A stretch of DNA of 63,808 nucleotides, counting the filler, from Atractiella rhizophila (Eukaryota): the NCBI GenBank assembly GCA_021432655.1. It is 9 parts of 8 records of this genome, joined end to end, with 100 filler letters (N's around TTAATTAATTAA, not from the genome) between each part and the next. Parts side by side here need not be neighbours in the genome. Positions count along the whole stretch, not along the records: positions 62,330 to 63,808 come from MU272217.1; 8 more parts are not named here. The stretch is one strand, 5' to 3'. The position numbers and the translations under genes are program-made. Positions within the stretch are counted from its first letter, which is position 1. Every line of letters begins with the position of its first letter. Of this stretch, positions 62,717-63,808 are shown in pieces. Under the pieces are notes generated by a model. It was not told the origin of the DNA, did not search any database, and saw nothing but the letters and a program-made list of their open reading frames with translations.

Positions 62717-63808
62717 ATGAGTACCATAAAACGGGATGTCAAAAATCATCTTTTGTTTGAGGTACGGTTTCGCAGTCTTTTTTAGTGGTCTAAGTCTGAT
62801 GATACGATATCAAAAAGATATGCTGGGAAGTAGTTAACAAAGTCGGAGGTTGCTATACCGTTATTAAAACGAAGGCTCCCGTCACCTGCCTGGAGTATGG
62901 GGAGCGATATACTCTCATTGGTCCTCTTTCGTACAAGACAGCGCCGATGGAAGTCGAACCAATAACCCCTCCGGAGTCGTCTCCTCTAGGAGCCACGCTT
63001 GCCGCCATGACCGCTCAAGGTGTCAAGTGGCTCTATGGAAGGTGGCTGATCGAGGGAGGACCCAACGTTTTGCTTTTCGACACTTCAAGCGTCGGTAACA
63101 AGCTCGATGACTGGAAAGGAGATCTTTGGAGAGTAGCTGGTATTCCTAGCCCGCCAAATGACCAGGAAACCAACGAGACCATCTTATTTGGGTACTTGGT
63201 TGCGTGGTTCCTGGGAGAGGTACGTTTCTCCTACATCGAGAGTAAAACGGGCTTGTGTTTAGTGATTTCACAATTATGACAGTTTTCCGCCCAAGAGCGT
63301 TTCAAGGCCATCGTTGCCCACTTTCACGAGTGGCTGGCTGGTCTCGCCATCCCTCTTTGCCGGAAGCGACATATCGACATAACGACGATTTTTACAACCC
63401 ATGCAACTTTACTAGGCCGCTACCTCTGCGCGGGATCGGTAGATTTTTACAACAATTTACAGTATTTCGATGTTGACGGTGAAGCGGGTCGGAGGGGAAT
63501 TTATCATCGGTTTGTGCTGCCTTATCCCACATCTTTCCTTTTAGCCGGAAAGTTTCGGGGGACGCTGATTGGGGGTGGGGTTGTGCATCAACAGGTATTG
63601 CATTGAGCGAGCGGCTGCTCATTGTGCTGATGTCTTTACTACTGTTTCTCACATTACGGCCTACGAGAGTGAGCACCTGTTGAAACGTAAACCAGGTAAA
63701 CTTTCGTTCCTTCTTTCCATGGAAGTCGTCTCAACATCAACTGCGCGCAGATGGCGTCCTCCCTAACGGATTGAATGTCAAAAAGTTCCAGGCTATGCAT
63801 GAGTTTCA
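62717..63808 (+). CDS. GSY1: Glycogen synthase (GT3), 5' part
   Basis: [74 protein letters not shown]. Confidence 0.97.

Noticed and set aside
10121..63808. TPS2 and glycogen synthase as a storage-carbohydrate cluster
   Set aside because: Separated by seven linkers; the co-occurrence is an assembly artefact.

Overview
Intron-rich fungal nuclear DNA with short GT-AG introns and CTRAC-type branch points. Gene style suggests a basidiomycete, possibly Pucciniomycotina (inference). The window is not contiguous: eight identical 100-nt linkers (44 N + TTAATTAATTAA + 44 N) join nine segments, and genes cut at a linker do not continue across it, so neighbourhood is only meaningful within a segment. 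Recognisable genes: serine racemase-like, TPS2 (3' part), secreted CpaO-like flavin oxidoreductase, Sulfotransfer_4-like P-loop protein, NSE4, DUF3752/GPALPP, GPI-anchored CE4 deacetylase, acylphosphatase, twin-CX9C protein, LIP5, RTP1/TANGO6, HapX, PPR protein, BBE-like oxidase (3' part), SPG1/TEM1, TVP15-like, PB1 protein, TGL2-like lipase, ADO1, pepsin-type protease, DPS1 and glycogen synthase. The most interesting accessory content is: (1) a four-copy array of an F-box-like/LRR-like family with an unrecognised N-terminal domain (1-6969); (2) a second, unrelated F-box-like family in a ~2.6 kb tandem duplication enclosing a long near-perfect inverted repeat and a frameshifted SnoaL-like gene; (3) the oxidoreductase gene flanked by ~140-bp direct repeats that each sit ~90-100 bp after a stop codon; (4) a perfect SreA/Urbs1-type GATA site in the hapX promoter. 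Gene models were spliced by eye, boundaries are approximate, and no database search was run.
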